DNA from: Ministeria vibrans ATCC 50519
Taxonomy: Eukaryota; Protista; Filasterea
Reading direction: 5' to 3'
Assembly (NCBI GenBank): GCA_943704425.1
Contig: CALSCP010000012.1
Coordinates: 1-64,000, forward strand
Length of the DNA stretch: 64,000 nucleotides
How positions within the stretch are numbered: the stretch's first letter is position 1; the number at the start of each line of letters is the position of its first letter. Below the pieces are notes generated by a model, which had not been told where the DNA came from, searched no databases, and worked only from the letters and a program-made list of their open reading frames with translations. This document shows, piece by piece, positions 57,125-64,000 of this stretch. The position numbers were made by a program, and so were the translations under genes.

Positions 57125-59153
57125 TTAGAGAGGCTTATTCTCGATGAAGCGAGTGATCATGGTCTGGGCCTGGATGGGACGGTAGGTAGGCACCATGTGG
57201 CCACTGAGAAGGACCGTGGCAAAGCGGAAGTCAACGGCGGGCTTGGAAAACTGGGTGACATAGCCACCGCGAGTGGGCGTCTCCTTCTGCGACGAAGGCG
57301 ACAGCCACGCACGCCAGCGCTCCTCGACCTCAAACCCAAGGTTGTGCGTCCATCGCTCTGTGCCGACGTACGGCACGCACCCGTCTAACAGAGACAAAGA
57401 AGGAGAGAGAAGAAAGAGAGAGTGAGAAAACAAGGTGAAAGACATAATGTCAGTATACCGGCATCTCCGCTGTAGATGAGCATGCGGATCTTCTGAGCGA
57501 GCGACTTGTAGAGGGGCAGGAGGTTGTCAGCGGTGCGACTGTACAGCATACCACGCGTGCCCTATAGAGAGGAGAGAGAAAAATGCAAAGCGATAGAAAC
57601 ATAAAGACGTGAGAGAGAGATGAATAAAAAAGAAACAAGTAAATAAAACGAAACAAATAAATAGAAAAGAAATAAATAAAAAGAAACAAATAAATAGAAA
57701 AGAAACAAATAAATAGAAAAGAAACATATAAATAGAAAACGAGATAGAGAAGAGAAAGAAAGATAAGCAGACAAACAAAAAAAAGCACACAAAATGGTTG
57801 GTGTCAGTACCTTCTTGACGTGAAGAGCAGCAACGACCTCGTCCGTGGCCAACCACTGGTCCATAGCGTGGGAGCCGCCGCAGATGTAGTCGCTGCTGAC
57901 ACGGGGCTCGTTGGGGCGCGAAAGGCGCTCCTGGTGCTCGAGGTACGTGCGCATCTGAGTGTCGTCACCGGCACAGCCGTCGTAGAAGTTGTAAATGTAG
58001 TAGTTACCGACCTCGGCACTCATCTTGACGAGCTCCTGACGGCACGCCAGCGAGATGGTCGACCAGTTGCCGCATGCCTTGAGCATATCTGCGCGCAGCT
58101 GGTCCGAGTAGCCTGCCTTGTTGTACAGAAACTGCGAGTTGATCTCGTCGTTTTCGGGCGAGTTGGAGCATGTGCCGACAGCGTTGCCCCAGCAGCCGTT
58201 GCCAATCGCGACTCCCTTCAGGTTGATCTCGTTGGCCGTGTCCGTCAGAATCGCGTCCGCCAGCATGGGAATGTAACTAAGTGTATGGGGTGAGACTTGA
58301 GGCACAGAAAATGAAGCCATCGAAAGTGAGGTGTGAGGCCACGTACATTCCGGCGTAGGACTCGCCCGTGGCGTAAAAGTCGTTCGCCTTAAACTCGGGG
58401 AATCCCTCGAAGAAGACCTTGAGGGCACCGTGGTTGAAGGTCGCAGTCGCCTCGTCAGTAAAGTGGCACGGGGTGTAGTCGCAGTAGGAGAAGCCAACGC
58501 CGGCGGGCGACTCGAGCACGAGCACGTTGCCAACGGAAGTCCAGGCGTAGGGGTTGCTGAACACCTTGGGCACAGCCGGGTGGTCCTTGAGGCTGTCGTC
58601 GTTAAGCGCGTACGGTCCGAGTTCGGTGTAGAAGCCGATGAGTGAGGACGAGCCAGGGCCTGCAAGAGAGAACACATGAGACACACACACACCAAACCGC
58701 AAGAGCCAGGCCGCAGCCACAGCCACAGCCGCCCGCCCGCCCGCCGGGAAAGAGCATGCGTACCTCCGTTGAGCCAGAGAAGCACAGGCTTGGATGCGGC
58801 ATCTTCGTTGGCAAACGCAAACTGTGAAGAGAAAAAGAAAAAAAAAAAGAATATCAATCACTAAAGTGGGTCGCTCAAGAGCCAAGCACACCTGGTAGTG
58901 GGCAAACTGGTTGCCGAGAGGAGCAGAAACCTTGAGGTAGCCTGTGAAAGAGGCGGATTGAGCGTGAGCGGGTCGAAAGGGGTTTGTGCGATTGAGCGGG
59001 TCTCGTGATGACATCCAATCAACGCACTGACTTACCGCTGTAGAGCTTCGCGGGGAGCGCCCCTTCAAAGCCAGGCAGGCTCGTCACTTCGTCTGCAGAG
59101 ATCGCCGCATACGCCGCGGCCACACAGACAGCGAGAACAAGAGCAACACGCAT
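57125..59153 (-). CDS. Serine carboxypeptidase, family S10 (cathepsin A-like), secreted/lysosomal
   Basis: Signal peptide; VTSLPGF..LYSG|YL; LWLNG|GPGSSS; ESPAGVGFSY; TGESYAG; NLKGVAIGNG; IYSGDA|DGCVP; SGHMVPTYRP. Confidence 0.95.
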
Positions 59154-59442
59154 TGAAAGTCTGAAAAAAACTGTGTGTGTTAAAGTCAAAAAGACGTGAC
59201 TGATCAACTGATCATTCTATCTTCTTCCCGGAAAATGGAAGGTCTTACGCACAGTCTCACTCACGGTCCCTTAATCAGCACTCGCCAGTCGCCACTTGCC
59301 ACTCGACGGACTGTCCGAGGCTCAGCCATTTAAGTCGGTTTGACTTTTGTGCCTGCTTTGACGCGAAAATTTGTATTGGGACTTGCGAACTGAACTTTAC
59401 ACTTTCAAACTTTGAATCAAAATTTTTGATTTTTCTCTAATC

Positions 59443-60672
59443 ATGTCAGAGCCAACAACATTCTCTAACGTCCCTCTCGAGGCCAACGCTTTGGACGCCC
59501 CCTCTCCGACTCCGTCTGCTGCCAGTGCCACTACCATTGCCGACCTAGTAAACAAACTCAAACTCGTTCTGTTGTGACACTATTTACTCTCAATCTCTGG
59601 TCCTCTCTCCCTCCACGTCAGCCTGTCGTCCCTGCGAAACCCGAGAGACAGCGTCTAGTCACTTGGGCAGACTGGGCAGGCCAGGCGTACCAGTATACAG
59701 TGCAGGTTATTAAGGAACGCGTAAGATTTCAAAGTTTGCGAATAACTGAAACCATGAAAATTCAAAACAACCCGAACTTGTAACAATCCGACTTGTGGAT
59801 GCACAGTACGGCGCGCCCAAACGAACGGTGGACGAAGACCTGGCAACTCGCATTGAGACATTGAAAGTCACGCAGAAGAAGCTGACTGCCATTCTGGGGC
59901 AGTCGGAGCTGCTCACACAGCAGATTTGTGCCTTTGTCTCGACGTGCGAGACGTTTGGCAACCAAATGCATCTTCTGGGCATGCAAAGCCTTGAGCTCGC
60001 CGAAGAGTGGGAACGCAACGCAAGTGTCCAACTCTCCATCTTTAAGAATGGACAGGTGAGAGCAGAGCGGTGTGCCAGATGATGACTGTACCCATCTTCC
60101 TCTGTCCTTGTCTCACTCAGGTCTTGCACGGCGCACTCACACACTTCAATGGGAACCTCGCCACCTTGACTGGCTGTACCATGGAAGACACCGTGCAAGC
60201 CATTGATGCGTACGAAAAGGCGCGTATTGCACACGACGCATGCCTCAACGAGCTTGAGGCCCTCTCGCAGAAGCCGCCGACGCCGTATTTTAATGCGATC
60301 AAGGTACACACACACACACCACATCGGGTGCATTCGAGTCAACTTACAACCACTTTTTTTTTTTCATTTTTATTGTTTCAGACACAGTACGAAGAGATGA
60401 AAGATGCGCTGGCGCGTCGTCGCGACTCTGTCATCGTGAAGCTGACTCTGCTCGATGAGAACCGCGTCAAGGTGATGCGCAAACAACTGCTGCTCCTCCA
60501 CAACGCCACAGCGGGATTCTTCAGTGGAAACGAAGCCATGTTGCGCGCCGCCGTGGACTCCTACCACACACACGTGTCTGGTGGGGATACAGTGGCGACC
60601 CTCGCGTCTTCGCCTACGATCGACCGCGACACATCCGAAGGCGATATTGCCCTTGCCTCGCACCCAAGATGA
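59443..60672 (+). CDS. ARFIP: Arfaptin (AH/BAR domain)
   Basis: WAGQAYQYTVQVIKER; RTVDEDLATRIETL; FKNG; TMEDTVQAIDAYEKARIAHDA; VIVKLTLLDENRVKVMRKQLLLLHNATAGFFSGN. Confidence 0.92.
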
Positions 60673-60879
60673 CACTGCCCCCTCCTTACCCACCCTTTGT
60701 ACTAACCGCCCTCCCAAACAGTGACGTAACTCACGTACCGCCTGCTTTTCACAATACACAGTAATATTTATTTTTCTTTTTTACTACGTCTTGTCGTTAC
60801 ACAGTGATATTTATTACACTCTGTCTGTCTGTTTAAAACTTTTGATTGATTGTTTTTTTTATCATAATAAATTTTACCC

Positions 60880-63800
60880 ATGTCCCGCCGCCCAGGACCA
60901 AATGAGAGTGCCGCTGTGGTGGCGAGTATTCAAGATGATTCAATCACGTCGGAGAGCGAAAAGATGCGTATTACGGTATTACATCTATCGCGGTTGCCAT
61001 GGAAATTGCTCATTTTTTTGTCTGCGTCTTAATCAGCTACACATCGCTATACTACGCGCCGAGGGCCTTTGGTCGACATTCAAGGGTATCCAGGCTCCAA
61101 CGACGCTTGTACGCGTTCAATCCACTTTGGATACAGCCCACTTTGACAGTGTTCTGTGCAGCGCTTCTCACTCACCCGAATGGAACTTCACCACGTCCAT
61201 CACTGTCGAGATTGATTCGTTGCAGCACCTCGTTGAATACCCTCTGCTGCTTAGCGTAATTGAAGTGAAGGAAGCAGCGCCTCCATTAAAGTCGTCATTG
61301 GGGAGCGCACAGGCGAAGCGAGGCAGTGTGTCCAAAGGTGCCAAAGTCACCATGGCCACTCTTGGCGAACTCCGTCCCGACCTCTCCAACCTTTTATTTG
61401 GTACATCTTCTGTCTCGGGCACCTCATCGCTTACCGGCAGCACACGGACGTGCAACACGGACGATGCCATCACGAGTCCATCGCAACTCAGTTGGCTCGT
61501 CACTGTTGATGAGCCGCTCGTCAACGACGTCCATAAGCTTAAGGAGCAGGGCAACCTCATCAGCGTGTCTCTTCAAAATGTCTACTCTTTACCCGAAGTC
61601 TGGACTTCCAGTAATATGCCGAATCTAATTACAATTCTATATTGAGCTGACATTGGTATTGGATTGCAGGCCGCGATCATGCGTCGTACACGTACACAGC
61701 TACGGTGCACCTCTTAGACCACAAAAGGGTTGTCTTTGAGCATGGGCGTATCCAACCACCTCTTGAGCCTGCTCAATTACAAGGCGGTCAACAACAGCAA
61801 CAGGCCACAACGTCCGGCGCCAAGAAACGTCACTCAATGTCAAACACGACACCTACGCCCGCAACTACGACAGTCCCCACGACTGCAGATCCCTCGTATG
61901 CCGTTCGATATGGTGACTTACGCAAGCGAGACGCAGCCTTTCGCATTCACGCCGAGCGTCACAGCCACTCAGTGCGGTTCCAGCACGCCATTCGCGTGTA
62001 CCTCACCGCAAGTGAAACGGACCAACTGCGCATTGCGCTTCTTCACGCTCGTCCCGTCTCCATCACCTTCGCGCGCTCTCCCCTCCTGCGCGGCGGCGAT
62101 ACTGCCCCCTGGCCCGCCCTGGCTAAGTGCACCCTTCACCCACTTGTCACACCCGGCTCATCTGAATGCTCTGGCGCCTTTTTCCTCCGCCCTCGTCCCA
62201 CCGACTCGAATGACGGAGCGCCTGCTACGGCGCCTCCTCCCTTAGTAGATATGACATCCGCCTACACCGAGCGGCGCACCTATCTCACCGTGGCCCTGGC
62301 GCTGCACCATCCCCTGCGCCCCTGCCGCTCCCCACTCCAGATCCAGTCCGTTGCCCACTTCATCCCTCCTCGTCCCCTCTTCCCGCGCATTGGCGATCTT
62401 CTGGACGAGGCGCGCGCCCAACTCAAAGCACAGTTGCGCGCCACCATCGATTTGCTTGTTGCCGAGTACGCGTCGCTTACAAGCGGCCCACATACCATGC
62501 GTATGGCGCCCGACGAGCAGCGCAGGCGCATTCTGTACTCGCTCAACACCACAGGAATGGCCTTCGCCATCAAAGAGCGTCTCAAGCCTCTTATTGTACA
62601 GATTGTGCGTGAACGCTTTCTCACGACGGGCGAGTTTACAAGTGACACAGATCACGAAGCGTTTGTCGCCCAGCTGTACGTCTACCTCCTCGACGAGCTG
62701 CACGAGGCACTCCACGAGCACTTTGACATTGCACAGCCTCAGCGTGTGCCTGCCATTCCCGAGCACACTGACCCAGACGCACTGCTGCGCTTTGCGACGC
62801 AGGCCGAGTTCCTCGGTGACATCGACGGTGCTGCAGCGTACCACCGTCGTCGAATTGCTCAGGGGCCAATGGTCAGTGCCTTTCACATCGACTACGGTGC
62901 GCTCCTCATGCGTGCGGGTCTTGTTGACACGGCCCTCGTCAGCTTCCGCGAGGCGGTCGCTCTCAACCAGACACAAGCCGCGGCTCTGGTCCTCGTGGCC
63001 CTTGCCACCGCTGATAGCAGTAATTATGACACTAGTCATGGTGCCGACACAGGTGCAATCCCTCCAACAACAACTCTGGCTTTGCTCCAGCATGCCGTCG
63101 AGGCGGATCCAGCACATGCCAGTCTGGCGCACATTGCTCTTGCTCTCACGCACACTCTTGACTGCAACTATGTTGAAGAAGAGCTCGCGCTCCAGCGTGC
63201 CCGACGCTGTCTCGCACGTCTCGACAGTAGCACGTATACCCCCTCTTCGAAAGAGAATGAAAGTCAAAGTGACGGCACTGTAGATTATCATGTGCTGCAT
63301 GTCGACGACAAAGTTAGCGACGACGACGATGACGACGACGATGAGCACTTGCGTACCGGTCACGTTCACCTCGCAGCCGTGCCCTTCTTTCTCGACCATG
63401 GCTTCTACCACCTTGCCCTGCGCGCCCTGGCTGCCGACCGTGCCCTCTGCGGTCCACTGCCTAGTCAGAGTAAGTACCGCGCTCAGGCACTGTTGGCCAC
63501 GGGACAACTCGATGAGGCTCGTCGTGTTCTCGAAGACGACCTCATCGATGAAGACCATCATATTGGTGACTCGGATGTCATCGTGCTCCTTGCCGACGTG
63601 CTATACCAGAGCAAAGACTTTCCAGGCGCTCTCGCCCTCTACGAGCGTGTGCTCAGCGCCATCATGCCGCTCGACAGCACTAGCATTCTAACTTCAAGTC
63701 ACGACGGCGCCAACGACGAGCAGTTGCAAAGAGCCCTTGAATGTGTCCCTGTGCGTCTTCTGGTGCGTCTCGCTCACTTGTACCAGACGGGTCGCGTGAC

Positions 63801-64000
63801 CCTCCCCGACGGCCGCATTGGTGCTCACCGTGCCTGCGACATATACTTTCTACTTGCGCTACGCAGTCCATCAGCTTACGCGTGGCGTGGCGTGGGCCTT
63901 GCTGCGTTCCACCTGGGCAACGACTCGGTCGCCGAGGATGCCCTGGCCGAGGCCAACACCCTCGACAACCACGACCCAATCACTTTTGCCGTGCTCGCCC
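60880..64000 (+). CDS. CFAP70: Cilia- and flagella-associated protein 70 (TTC18), partial; runs off the window
   Basis: C2-like N-terminus (SPEWNF..PLLLSVIEV..DLSNLL..NVYSLPEVW); RRRILYSLNTTGMAFAIKERLKPLIVQIVRERF..FVAQLYVYLLDELH; LLRFATQAE; TPRs (AWRGVGLAAFHLG..AEDALAEANTLDN). The large exon from 61670 is open to the window end. Confidence 0.88.

Noticed and set aside
62242-63561. 439-aa minus-strand ORF and the 310-aa plus-strand ORF 62351-63283
   Set aside because: Shadow frames of CFAP70. The true frame has no stop before the window end, so it is missing from the ORF track.

Overview
Gene-dense, intron-rich eukaryotic nuclear DNA: short GT-AG introns, many filled with (GA/TC)n, (AAT)n and minisatellites, plus several N gaps. 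The gene set (full-length animal-type talin, LIM kinase, arfaptin, WDR62/MAPKBP1, FAF1, cyclin B, M6P-receptor-like protein, motile-cilium protein CFAP70) points to a flagellated unicellular holozoan, probably a choanoflagellate or filasterean; this is inference, not a species identification. About 26 protein-coding genes can be reconstructed by splicing, most in head-to-head pairs with 100-650 bp between start codons. I found no tRNA, rRNA, CRISPR array or autonomous transposon. Features most worth following up: (1) a nested foldback structure at about 965-1610 whose loop starts with a CTAACCCT telomere-template-like motif and can form a pseudoknot (foldback element or structured ncRNA); (2) a pseudoknot-capable element in SRP54 intron 2; (3) a LIM-LIM kinase with TESK-type catalytic signatures, no PDZ and no activation-loop Thr; (4) a two-MRH-domain receptor interrupted by an out-of-phase kinase fragment beside a gap, probably misassembly; (5) three intron-poor secreted proteins that are orphan or HGT candidates; (6) a DUF3818/Lec1-like polyQ protein; (7) a recurring TGATCA motif in promoters and a dispersed AACAAAGTGATAGAG intronic repeat. 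All family calls come from recalled motifs; no database search was run. CDS coordinates are whole-gene spans including introns.
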